Origin: Candidatus Jordarchaeia archaeon
Lineage (GTDB): Archaea > Asgardarchaeota > Jordiarchaeia > Jordiarchaeales > Jordiarchaeaceae
Reading direction: 5' to 3'
DNA length: 36,347 nt
NCBI GenBank assembly: GCA_029856435.1
Contig: JAHQXB010000158.1
Location: 1 to 36,347 of the forward strand
The notes beneath the pieces were generated by a model. The model saw nothing but the letters and a program-made list of their open reading frames with translations, ran no database searches and was not told where the DNA came from. Within the stretch, counting starts at the first letter, position 1. The number at the start of each line of letters is the position of its first letter. Shown here in pieces: positions 1 to 9,007 of this stretch. The translations under genes and the position numbers were made by a program.

Positions 1-321
1 TTTCCCTGAAAGGAGGGCTACTTTATTTTTTCTTTTCCAGAGTGGGGGACATTATCCAGAAAAGTCCAAATAAGCCCTCCTTCAAGGTTTAGAGCCCCAA
101 TATCCGTTATTCGATCACAACAGATAAATACATATCTTAATTATTTGGTTTGATATGACTTACAGTTTCCGACATACGCTGCATAACCACAAAATGACGG
201 AAGTGTTAAAAAAGAACAGTTAACTGTGGTACAATTTTAATGAGTTGCATTTATTTCTATTTAAAGAATTAAAAAGGCAGAAGCGAACGATGCTTCACCA
301 TAGAGGAGTTTTGAAGATCGG

Positions 322-1491
322 TTAGATGCGTGGGATTCCTAAGTCTCTGTCTGTTTCATTTGAATCTTCAGTAAATAAGGGGAATAGTGGCTCGTTATCC
401 TTCATTATGCTGGGTTTCTTTCCATAGTCTGTTAGGGGTTCTAGGGAGGCTAAATCTGGTATAATGTTTGTAGGTCCTAAAAGCTGTGGGCTTGTGACGC
501 CAGTAAGAATTAGTATAACTCTAACCATGCCTTCAGCTCGGGGGTCTTTTCTGGCGCCCCATATTACGTTGGCGTCCTCAATCATTTTGTCCGTGACTAA
601 CTCTGCGGCGAGAGTTGCTTCTGATAGAGTTAAGTCGTTGCCTCCAGTAATGTGTATCAATGCTCCTGTTGCACCCACTATATCCACATCTAGGAGTGGG
701 CAGTCTAAAGCATTTTTTACCGCCTTTTCTACTCGGTTTTCGCCTTCGCCTTCCCCTATTCCTACCATGGCCACTCCACCATCGGTGAGTATGCTACGTA
801 CATCCGCGTAGTCCAAGTTGATTAAACTTGGAATAGATATGCACTCTGTTATCCCTTTTACCATATTTGCTAGTATTTCATCTGCAACACTGAATGCTTC
901 TTCTATGGGCAGATTTGGCACCAGATCCAAGAGTCTGTTATTATCTATAACCACTACTGTGTCTGAGTAGTATCGGAGTTTTCTGAGGCCCTGTTTGGCT
1001 TTTATCATTCTGCCTCTCTCCACGTTGAAGGGCATGGTTACAACGCCTACCACAATGCTTCCCATCTTTTTCGCTATATCCGCAATGATTGGTGCACTGC
1101 CGGTTCCGGTTCCACCTCCCATTCCAGCTGCTACGAAAACTAAGTCCGCATCAGAAAGAATTTCGGCTAATTCTTCCCTGCTTTCCTCCGCTGCAGCTTC
1201 CCCTATTCGGGGGTATCCCCCGGCTCCTAGGCCGCGGGTTGTGTTTCTTCCTATTAGCAGTTTGACATGTGCCTTAGTTACGTCTAGGTGTTGCTGGTCG
1301 GTGTTGACCGCTATGCACTTGGCCCCTTGTATACCTATTTGCATTATTCTGTGTACAGTGTTGTTTCCAGCGCCTCCAGTTCCTATAACTAGTATTCTGG
1401 CTGACCCTGGTTTTCTATTGGCTCCTTGTTCTTGGTTTGCTCTAGCGTTTTGCAATGCGCCTTTAATTATGCCATTTATTGTCATTGACAT
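322..1491 (-). CDS. ftsZ: Cell division protein FtsZ, FtsZ2-type (likely start at the second ATG, 1485)
   Basis: GGAGNN and tubulin-signature GMGGGTGTG motifs. IDNNRL, PSLINLDYADV and HITGG are FtsZ2-like, and the gene lies downstream of cdrS. GGGTG RBS is 7 nt before ATG 1485. Confidence 0.97.
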   Translation of the reverse strand: MSMTINGIIKGALQNARANQEQGANRKPGSARILVIGTGGAGNNTVHRIMQIGIQGAKCIAVNTDQQHLDVTKAHVKLLIGRNTTRGLGAGGYPRIGEAAAEESREELAEILSDADLVFVAAGMGGGTGTGSAPIIADIAKKMGSIVVGVVTMPFNVERGRMIKAKQGLRKLRYYSDTVVVIDNNRLLDLVPNLPIEEAFSVADEILANMVKGITECISIPSLINLDYADVRSILTDGGVAMVGIGEGEGENRVEKAVKNALDCPLLDVDIVGATGALIHITGGNDLTLSEATLAAELVTDKMIEDANVIWGARKDPRAEGMVRVILILTGVTSPQLLGPTNIIPDLASLEPLTDYGKKPSIMKDNEPLFPLFTEDSNETDRDLGIPRI

Positions 1492-1523
1492 CCACCCAAA
1501 CCTAAGTTCTACTTAAGTTTCGT

Positions 1524-1694
1524 TTAGTGTCCTGCGCCCCTGAAAAATAGTTGCCTTTCCCACAATTCTCTTTTTAGTAAATCTCTAACGGCTACTCTAA
1601 TCGCTTCGCTTCTGTTTGGATAGATTTTACTCTTCACAAGTTGTTCCAAACCTTCCAAATAAGCTTCGGGGAGATGCACTGTCACGAGAATTAT
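1524..1694 (-). CDS. cdrS: Ribbon-helix-helix cell-division regulator CdrS (56 aa, apparent ATA start; absent from ORF track)
   Basis: Manual translation (M)ILVTVHLPEAYLEGLEQLVKSKIYPNRSEAIRVAVRDLLKRELWERQLFFRGAGH* is a typical CdrS-family RHH directly upstream of ftsZ. In-frame TAA lies 6 codons upstream with no ATG/GTG/TTG in between. Confidence 0.9.
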   Translation of the reverse strand: MILVTVHLPEAYLEGLEQLVKSKIYPNRSEAIRVAVRDLLKRELWERQLFFRGAGH

Positions 1695-1708
1695 ACGACC
1701 ACCCCCAT
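1691..1708 (-). other. 5-codon upstream ORF (MGVVV*) whose TAA overlaps the cdrS ATA start (ATAA)
   Basis: Minus strand ATG GGG GTG GTC GTA TAA, seen directly; translation unproven. Confidence 0.4.
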
Positions 1709-1749
1709 GTTATAGAATCTTAAATTTATTCTTTTCTAATCTATGATTT

Positions 1750-1794
1750 TAATGTGAGTAGTTTTTATTTAATACTCATGTGATACTCACATTA
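1750..1794. promoter_or_regulatory. Palindromic operator-like site upstream of cdrS-ftsZ
   Basis: TAATGTGAGTA (1750-1760) and TACTCACATTA (1784-1794) form a perfect 11-bp inverted repeat. Nested ATGTGA-tac-TCACAT (1778-1792) and a third TACTCA (1773-1778) flank an AT-rich TATA-like stretch. Confidence 0.5.
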
Positions 1795-2007
1795 TATATG
1801 GGAGACACTTCTTAACCGGGAAGTATGCCTTTTTCCCCTCGTTTCTCCTAAATGTATTTTTATAGTCTCTTCTTGAAGTTTTGGCAGATTTTTCACCCAC
1901 ATTTTTATTATTAGGTTATTTTGATGCTTGAATCCCCTTTAAATTGGTTCTTTTCGAAAGATTTTTCGTGTAATCTCCATTATTTCCAAAAGACTATTGG
2001 CGCGTTT

Positions 2008-3357
2008 CTATATGGAATTTATTGATATCATACTGGAATTTTTCTTATGCGTTTCCAGATTATTCTCTACTAGTTCACCTTCCAAATATCCTGACTTCGC
2101 ACTGTATACCCTCACATTAACTCTTTTTCCCAAGGCTTGATCTGTGTTATGAATCAGGATTGGTTTGTAGGAAAGATTTCTTGCTATCCAACCGCCTTTG
2201 GGTGCCGGCTCTGTTATGAGGGCTTGCCCCTCCCAACCTACCCATCTTCTATTTCTCTCCTCGCCAATTTTACGCATTATTTCGCTTAATTCCCTGCTTC
2301 TCTCTTTGATAATCCATCCTGGGATTTGGTTTTCCATTTTTTCTGCTTGTGTTCCCGGTCTTGGCGCGAATCTTGAAATGTTGACGATATCGGGTTTTAT
2401 GTCTTGAATGAGCTTAACTGATTCTTGGAAGTGTTCGTCGGTTTCTCCCGGAAAGCCTACTATTATATCGGTGGATAGGGTTAAGTCGGAAATTTTTGTT
2501 TTAAAAGCTTTAACGATTTCCAAGAATTGTTCCTTTGTGTAACCTCTGTTCATGGCCTTCAAGATTTCGTTGCTTCCTGACTGTACGGGGATGTGGAGAA
2601 ACTTGTAAATCTTGGTATTTTGATAAATATCTATAAGTTGGTCAAGTATGGGCGTTGTATGTTTAGGATTTGTCATGCCCACTCTAACCTTAAAGTCCAG
2701 AGGCAGTTCAACAATCCTTCGGAGTAAATCGGGGAGCTTCTCATCCTTCCAGCGATATGTTCCCGTATCTTGGGAGGTCAACCAGATTTCCCTGCAACCA
2801 CCCTGAACCGCCTTTTCCACCTCCTTTAAAATAATGTCCGGAGGGTAGCTTAAGAGTTTGCCTCGGGCAAATTTTACGCAGCAATAATAACAATCACCCA
2901 AGCAGCCCTCCCCTATGGGGATGATTGCAATCACTGGGTTAACCAGTTTTCTTGGAATCCCCAGCTTGATGCCTTTTTTGTCCTCGAGTTCTATAATTCC
3001 TCGCTTACCCTTCTCCACTTCTTTTACTATGTCCTTAATTTTGAATAGGGAGTTAGTGTCCAATATGGCAGCGAATTTCGGCCCCGCTTCTATTACCCCT
3101 TTTAGATTTATTCTCGGCAGACAGCCACACACGATAAATGGTTTTCCAGACTGATTGAGTTGCGAAATTTTTTTCAGAATCTTCTTTTCTGTAGGTTCCT
3201 TTACGCCGCAGGTGTTCACAATCAGAATATCCGCATATTCCTCCGACTCTGCTATACTATAGTTTGCTCCTACTAGTGCACCTAACATAATTTCTGTATC
3301 AGCTTGATTCATAGAACAGCCATAAGTAGTGATGTGTACTGAAACCAAAACCATCAC
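2008..3357 (-). CDS. MiaB/MtaB-like tRNA methylthiotransferase (radical SAM, UPF0004 + TRAM domains)
   Basis: N-terminal TYGCSMN and VNTCGVK; radical SAM CLGDCYYC; HIPVQSGSN; DIIVGFPGET; C-terminal TRAM-like region. Start may be TTG at 3348. Confidence 0.92.
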   Translation of the reverse strand: MMVLVSVHITTYGCSMNQADTEIMLGALVGANYSIAESEEYADILIVNTCGVKEPTEKKILKKISQLNQSGKPFIVCGCLPRINLKGVIEAGPKFAAILDTNSLFKIKDIVKEVEKGKRGIIELEDKKGIKLGIPRKLVNPVIAIIPIGEGCLGDCYYCCVKFARGKLLSYPPDIILKEVEKAVQGGCREIWLTSQDTGTYRWKDEKLPDLLRRIVELPLDFKVRVGMTNPKHTTPILDQLIDIYQNTKIYKFLHIPVQSGSNEILKAMNRGYTKEQFLEIVKAFKTKISDLTLSTDIIVGFPGETDEHFQESVKLIQDIKPDIVNISRFAPRPGTQAEKMENQIPGWIIKERSRELSEIMRKIGEERNRRWVGWEGQALITEPAPKGGWIARNLSYKPILIHNTDQALGKRVNVRVYSAKSGYLEGELVENNLETHKKNSSMISINSI

Positions 3358-3369
3358 TTATGTTCTTTT

Positions 3370-3681
3370 CTAAAAAAAGAGGTGAAGTGTATGCAGGCTG
3401 CCTCCAGCTACAGGTGGAAGGATAGCCAAAACATCTTTGTCTCTAAGAGGAGTATCTAATCCTTTAAGTTCATTGATGGAAACACCATTAACCATAAAGA
3501 TAAAAGCAGGTTTAGGTTTTCCATTCTTTTCCATCAAGTAGTTTGCCAGCTTGTCCCCATACTTCTGGTTTAACAACTTTATTGCGTCAGAGACGGTTAT
3601 GTTGTCCTTTGACTCAAGTTCGATTTCCTTTGCTTTAGTTATCTCCCTTATGGTCGCAAAGACTTTAACTTTGAATTTCAT
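3370..3681 (-). CDS. MoaD/ThiS/SAMP family ubiquitin-like (beta-grasp) protein with a 9-aa extension after GG
   Basis: VKVFATIRE...VNG...GLDTPLRDKDVLAILPPVAGG followed by SLHTLHLFF*. Confidence 0.9.
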   Translation of the reverse strand: MKFKVKVFATIREITKAKEIELESKDNITVSDAIKLLNQKYGDKLANYLMEKNGKPKPAFIFMVNGVSINELKGLDTPLRDKDVLAILPPVAGGSLHTLHLFF

Positions 3682-3845
3682 TTGTTTTCCCCTAAATACT
3701 CTTAAAGTGAATCATTGCATAGTTTGATAAATTTTCTAGGTGAAATATTAATATGGTTGTGTCTTAAACTTTACTTACCTCTCATCAAAAATGTTTAAAT
3801 AATTATGTATCAATGTGGACGATTACAAAAGGAGAGACGTGATTT

Positions 3846-4499
3846 ATGAGCGGGCAGGCATTCCGAATTTTTGATGTTGAGCAGGACCTTATTAAGGCGA
3901 ACGAGAAGCTTGCAAAAGAGGTTCAGAAGGTTTTCCATGAGAAGGGAATCAAAACTTTTGATATTGTGGGAGCTATAGGTGCGGGTAAAACCGCTATCCT
4001 CGAAGCTTTGGTGGAGAGGCTAAAAGGAAAATATAGGCTAGCATTAGTCACCGCGGATGTAACCACAGAGATTGACGCGGATAGAATTAGGCGCCATGGA
4101 GTTGAATGCATACAAATTAATACTGGTAGGGAGTGCGCTTTAACAGCAAGTCTCCTAAAAAATGTTTTGGACAAGTTACCCTTAAACGATGTTGACATAC
4201 TCTTTGTGGAGAATGTTGGCAACTTGATTTGCCCCGCGGATTTCGTGGTGGGATGTGACAAAAGGATTGTCGTGGTTAGTATAACTGAGGGAGGACATGT
4301 TATCATAAAACATCCTTTACTGTTTAAAATGTCTGACGTTGCAGTGATAAATAAAATAGACTTAAGGAGCATCATGGATGTAGATCCAGAGAAAATGGTC
4401 GAAGACGCCCTAACAATTAATCCCTCCCTAAAAGTGGTTTTGACTAGTGCAAAAACTGGCGAGGGCATAGACGAGTTAATTAAAGCACTGGGCTTGTAA
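3846..4499 (+). CDS. hypB: HypB-family (SIMIBI G3E) metallochaperone GTPase
   Basis: GAIGAGKT P-loop, VENVGNLICPADF, NKID. Confidence 0.88.
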   Translation: MSGQAFRIFDVEQDLIKANEKLAKEVQKVFHEKGIKTFDIVGAIGAGKTAILEALVERLKGKYRLALVTADVTTEIDADRIRRHGVECIQINTGRECALTASLLKNVLDKLPLNDVDILFVENVGNLICPADFVVGCDKRIVVVSITEGGHVIIKHPLLFKMSDVAVINKIDLRSIMDVDPEKMVEDALTINPSLKVVLTSAKTGEGIDELIKALGL

Positions 4500-4663
4500 A
4501 ACTTCATTACTAGATAGATCCATTCTTTTGAACCTTGGCTATATGGTAGGATGTTTAAATTCAATATGTTTATGTAAATTAAATTGAACTGTTGCATGCA
4601 AATAATCGGCGGGAGGTACTTGGTCAGAAGAAGGCTAAAGGGTGTGTGCTCGGAGGATCGGTG

Positions 4664-5737
4664 ATGTCTACTATTTGGGTTGATTATGTTGCTCCCAAAG
4701 ATGTTGTCTACTTCTTGAGTATGGTGGAGCGGCTAAAAAGTAGAGGAGATACCGTTATTGCAACAACTAGAAAGTTTAGGGAAGTAAATGAACTAATGAA
4801 ATTGAAGAACGTTGAGGCGAAGATTCTGGGGCGCTACGGTGGAGGAACACTTAAAGGTAAATTAGTTGAGGGAGCAAAAAGAATAGCCAAATTGGCGGAG
4901 CATATTTCAAGATTTAACGTGGATGTCATGATCTCCTACTGTTCACCTGAAGCGGTTCGTGTGGCTTTTGGGCTTCAAATTCCCATCATAAATGTTTATG
5001 ATGCCCCCCACGCCATTAAACAAGTACTCTTGGTATCAAGGCTTGTAGATGTCCACATTTCCCCAAAATGTGTACCCCGAAAAGAATGGCTTAAGCTGGG
5101 TTTCAAACCGGAGCAACTCCTGTTTTATGACGCCATAGATCCGGCTGCTTGGCTCAAAAACTTTACCCCCAATGAAAACATCGTTAAAAACTTGGGACTG
5201 GATCCCGAAAAGAAAATTGTTGTGGTGAGAGCAGAAGAAGCTTTCGCTTCATACCTACTTGGGAAAACCTCAGATGATAACCCTCTGATAACTCCCCTAA
5301 TAAAGGAGCTTTTAGCCTTCGACGATGATCTTCAAATCGTTGTGCTTTGTAGATATGGTCGCCAAAAATCAAGTTTAAGAAAAATTTTCAGGAACATCAC
5401 CGTTACTGAACATGTTGTAGACTCAGCCAGTTTAATCTCTAAAAGCGTCCTTTTCATTGGGGGCGGCGGAACCATGACCTGTGAGGCAGCCCTCCTTGGA
5501 GTACCATCTATCTCATTTTTCCCCGGAAGACTTTACTACGAGGAACCCCTCATAAAAGAAAAACTACTCTATCACCCGAAGACAATAGACCAAGCCAAAA
5601 GACTAATTGGAAAAATACTGGGCCAATCAGAAGATTATTTAAACAGTTGTAAAAAAAGGGCTAAGCGCTTACTAGAAGCCATGGAGGATCCAACCGATAC
5701 TCTAATTGCAACAATTGACAAATTCTTAAAAGAATAA
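4664..5737 (+). CDS. DUF354 family GT-B fold glycosyltransferase-like protein (start moved from 4592 to ATG 4664)
   Basis: IWVD..PK N-terminus; GRYGGGTL; GGGGTMTCEAALLGVPSIS; GGAGG RBS 7 nt before ATG 4664. Confidence 0.8.
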   Translation: MSTIWVDYVAPKDVVYFLSMVERLKSRGDTVIATTRKFREVNELMKLKNVEAKILGRYGGGTLKGKLVEGAKRIAKLAEHISRFNVDVMISYCSPEAVRVAFGLQIPIINVYDAPHAIKQVLLVSRLVDVHISPKCVPRKEWLKLGFKPEQLLFYDAIDPAAWLKNFTPNENIVKNLGLDPEKKIVVVRAEEAFASYLLGKTSDDNPLITPLIKELLAFDDDLQIVVLCRYGRQKSSLRKIFRNITVTEHVVDSASLISKSVLFIGGGGTMTCEAALLGVPSISFFPGRLYYEEPLIKEKLLYHPKTIDQAKRLIGKILGQSEDYLNSCKKRAKRLLEAMEDPTDTLIATIDKFLKE

Positions 5738-5748
5738 TGGTTCAAAAA

Positions 5749-6063
5749 TTATGCAGCCAATTTTTCCTTACTGAGCTCCATCCAGAACAGCTTTTTGGAT
5801 AGTTTGTACCATGTATACAACCATGCCAGCACAAGCAATCCCGAAAAAATTATTTGAAGAATGTTCCTAATCATACTCCAGAACCCTTCTTGTCCATAAT
5901 CGAGTCTATAGGGTGTAGTGAGGTGGTTTATTATCGACCAATATGTTTCTTGGGGTGGTCTCCAGGGAACAATAATTGAGTCTATAACCACAAATATTAC
6001 CGTTATTGTGACCCACACAAATAGGATTAGCAGCAAAAGGGGAACATACCTTCTGAACTCCAT
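5749..6063 (-). CDS. Small two-TM membrane protein, probably co-transcribed with the GPT gene
   Basis: Two hydrophobic segments; 4-nt gap after 6068..7108. Confidence 0.7.
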   Translation of the reverse strand: MEFRRYVPLLLLILFVWVTITVIFVVIDSIIVPWRPPQETYWSIINHLTTPYRLDYGQEGFWSMIRNILQIIFSGLLVLAWLYTWYKLSKKLFWMELSKEKLAA

Positions 6064-6067
6064 TTTC

Positions 6068-7108
6068 TCACCACCAAACCATTAGTATTGCTGTCAAAAC
6101 GGCTAAGAATGAGCTGAAGAGGCTTAATAGATAGAACCCTTTAACAATCTCTGGCTCGGTTAGAGGACCTCTTGCAAGTATCATGCGTACCAAAGGTATG
6201 GGCGCTTTTGGATCCTTATTGGCTGCTATTCTACCGTCTGGAAGGAGTATGGTGGCCGGCGACTTTACGAGTCTATACTCCATTATTTTTCCCATACTGC
6301 TCAACATATAGAAAGAATTCATAATGAAAGGTATCAATGCTATAACTGTGACTATCTCTAGCTCTCCCACAATTGCGAGAGCACCAATCGCGGCCCCCAC
6401 AGTTAGAGAACCCACATCACCCGAAAAAACCTTGGCCGGGTACCTGTTAAATCTATAATATGCTACCATTACACCCAACATTACCGCCGATATAATTATA
6501 CCTGTTTTTGAATCCAAGAGAGCCGAGCAACACAACATAGCCCCAAATGTTATTATAGTGGTTCCCGGCATCACCCCATTCAGAATATCCAACATATTCA
6601 CCGTATTGGAGCAAACAGCCACATTAACTGGGACGTATATTGGGTAAAGGATGCTTAACCTAGTTCGCCCAATGAAGGGGAAACGTGGGGAGTAAACCAT
6701 AATAGGATGGAAAAAGTTTATTACCAGTAACGGGAGGGCGGCAACTACTGTGAGTATCATTTTCGTGTACGCTCCCAACCTCTTTAAATCGTCAATAATT
6801 CCCACCGCCCCCGAAGCAGCCACAGTTAATAAAAATCCTAACAACCTCAATCTAATCAGGTTGTCCTCAAAGAGTACGGCGGTCAGCGACAAGCCCACAA
6901 TTATACTAGTCAAAATAGCAAGTCCCCCCATTTCTGGTATAACGGGCTTATCGAGTTTATGTACGTCAACCCCCGTAATTTTTAAAATCTTCATCTTCCT
7001 CATAACGTAAGGAACCAAAAAATTACAAATTAGAAAAGAAAAGAAGAACCCAAATATGACATATAATACTTCGATTGGTTTAAAGTATATCACGCTGCCA
7101 CCAACCAT
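6068..7108 (-). CDS. UDP-GlcNAc:polyprenyl-phosphate GlcNAc-1-P transferase (MraY/GPT family, AglH/DPAGT1-like)
   Basis: PEMGG, GIIDDL, NTVNMLDILNG, YPAKVFSGDVG and many TM helices. Likely start GTG 7093 by RBS spacing. Confidence 0.88.
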   Translation of the reverse strand: MVGGSVIYFKPIEVLYVIFGFFFSFLICNFLVPYVMRKMKILKITGVDVHKLDKPVIPEMGGLAILTSIIVGLSLTAVLFEDNLIRLRLLGFLLTVAASGAVGIIDDLKRLGAYTKMILTVVAALPLLVINFFHPIMVYSPRFPFIGRTRLSILYPIYVPVNVAVCSNTVNMLDILNGVMPGTTIITFGAMLCCSALLDSKTGIIISAVMLGVMVAYYRFNRYPAKVFSGDVGSLTVGAAIGALAIVGELEIVTVIALIPFIMNSFYMLSSMGKIMEYRLVKSPATILLPDGRIAANKDPKAPIPLVRMILARGPLTEPEIVKGFYLLSLFSSFLAVLTAILMVWW

Positions 7109-7279
7109 TTAAACCAGTTAAAGCAAGACTTTTATATCCCAATAAACATTTTCAAACAAAAATTGCATACATTTATATTTGTTACTATAATATAGCAATA
7201 TTACTATTTGTGTTCGAAGGCAACCCATATCTAGGTTTCGATATAAATTTTTACAAATCCCCCTACCAAAGGTGATTAC

Positions 7280-9007
7280 TTGCAAAAAAGAACGGCTGTA
7301 CTATTGGCACTTTTAATTCTAACAATGGGACTCACAACCCTCATAATACTAAATAGCAACGCCCACTCTCCCACTTACTACTCACCCCTCATTCAAACCA
7401 CTAACACGGTGACTTTGAAAAACATGGAAATAACATCCACCAGCAATCTAACTAATAGTTTAGTCCTAAGAAATATCTCCATAAACAACTTCGGCGTAGC
7501 CACTGTTACAGACACCTTCACGGTGAGAAACGACGGAACAAACTCTGCGACATTTGCAGATGTGCTCTACCCAGGGAATGTGTGGTCTGAGCTCATCACG
7601 TACACTGCTTGTCACGAGGACATCCAACTTAACACAGAACGAATTTTTTCAGGAGGAGTAAATGGAACCCGAATAATATTCCACAAATCATTATCTCCTG
7701 GGGAAAACTATACATTTACGTTAAAACAATATTTTAACAACACACTCAGTACAGTTAGCTCTCAGATGCGGTTTAGCTTCCCAGCTTATCCTTATTCACC
7801 CTACCGAACAGAAGAGTGCAGAGTTTCAGTGGCATTACCTAAAGGCGCTTATTCTACATCCTCCCTGAAATACAATTACGCTAGTATATCACCCTTTGAC
7901 GCCAGCAATACATTGGGAATAAACTTCACGTTTAACGATGGGAGCTCTATTGTGTCGCTTAAAACAGTCTACAGGCAAGTAACAATCGACCCCTGGATGG
8001 GAATAAATGTAATAGAAGCCCATCTAATAGAAAATAAGGGGGTTTCAAATCTAAATAAAACCTATTTTCAAGCTCCCGCGGGCACAGTAAAGTTTGAGGC
8101 CAACGATGCTGCTGGAACCTTAACTTCTTGGCCCTCAGGCGACAGCCTAGAAATTTATACACGCTACTCGATTCCCCCCAATGGAACCTACGTCTACTAC
8201 CTCACATATTCCATTCCCATAGTGTTTTCACAAATTGGCAGCTCCGGAACTTACCTACTCGCCTTTAACATTGTTCCTAACTATGGGGGAATAATTGAAA
8301 ACTTCTACGTCTCCATAATATTCTCCAACTTCCTAGGCATATCCTTCCAGAGTCCTCCAGCACTACCCATTACCTCAATTAATAAGAACATTTATCTCTA
8401 CACATACAAAAACGTCATTCCAACACAAAATATATCATCATACTTCCTTTACAGCGTCGGATTCCCAAACACTTACCTTCGCCCCCTCGCCCTGACGCTA
8501 GCATTTGGCTTGGCGGCTGCTGCTTACGCCTTTATCAGGTCACGTCGCGTAGAGGCTGCACCCGCTATAGTGAGACCAGCAGAAGTTACAGCTTCGATTC
8601 TCAGTGAATTCCTCGACTTGTACGAAGAAAAGAATACACTAATACTCGAAATGGAACGTTTGCGTGAAGACGTCCTCAGAAAAAAGGTTAGCAAGTTAGA
8701 GTACGCCCAAAGAATAAAAAACTCGGAAAAAGAACTAGCCAGACTTGAAAGTGAAATAAACAAAATAAAGACCAAACTCATAGAGGCAGACAAAAAATAC
8801 GCGTCGGACATCAGATACTTTGAAATAAATGAGGCAGACCGAGAGCAAGCCAAACTGGCTCTACAAAGCCTTAGAAGAAGGTACCTCATGAAACGCCTAG
8901 ACAAAGAAACCTACCTCAAACTAAAGGAAGCCCAAGAAAACAAACTCAGAAAGGCAGAATCAAACCTAGACAAAAGAATACAGGACCTACGCAGAGAAAC
9001 TATCTAA
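7280..9007 (+). CDS. Ribophorin I (OST1/RPN1)-like membrane protein
   Basis: N-terminal signal, beta-rich ectodomain with many N-x-S/T sequons, RQVTIDPWMGINVIEAHLIENKG resembling RPN1 RVIEVSHWGNIAVEE, single TM (LALTLAFGLAAAAYAFI), cytoplasmic coiled-coil. TTG start with GGTGA RBS. Confidence 0.75.
   Translation: MQKRTAVLLALLILTMGLTTLIILNSNAHSPTYYSPLIQTTNTVTLKNMEITSTSNLTNSLVLRNISINNFGVATVTDTFTVRNDGTNSATFADVLYPGNVWSELITYTACHEDIQLNTERIFSGGVNGTRIIFHKSLSPGENYTFTLKQYFNNTLSTVSSQMRFSFPAYPYSPYRTEECRVSVALPKGAYSTSSLKYNYASISPFDASNTLGINFTFNDGSSIVSLKTVYRQVTIDPWMGINVIEAHLIENKGVSNLNKTYFQAPAGTVKFEANDAAGTLTSWPSGDSLEIYTRYSIPPNGTYVYYLTYSIPIVFSQIGSSGTYLLAFNIVPNYGGIIENFYVSIIFSNFLGISFQSPPALPITSINKNIYLYTYKNVIPTQNISSYFLYSVGFPNTYLRPLALTLAFGLAAAAYAFIRSRRVEAAPAIVRPAEVTASILSEFLDLYEEKNTLILEMERLREDVLRKKVSKLEYAQRIKNSEKELARLESEINKIKTKLIEADKKYASDIRYFEINEADREQAKLALQSLRRRYLMKRLDKETYLKLKEAQENKLRKAESNLDKRIQDLRRETI

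Noticed and set aside
464-1516. Plus-strand ORFs over ftsZ, and similar antisense ORFs across the window (e.g. 3923..4597, 9946..10635, 11379..11798, 13050..13517, 21740..22240, 31461..31814, 35390..35827)
   Set aside because: They are shadow ORFs opposite well-supported genes, with no motifs or RBS.
1691-1740. Intron joining the upstream ATG to cdrS
   Set aside because: The spacer is only 11-14 nt and has no BHB structure.
3370-3400. BHB intron removing the MoaD C-terminal tail
   Set aside because: GAGG/CCUC can pair, but the flanking helix and bulge geometry do not form a BHB.
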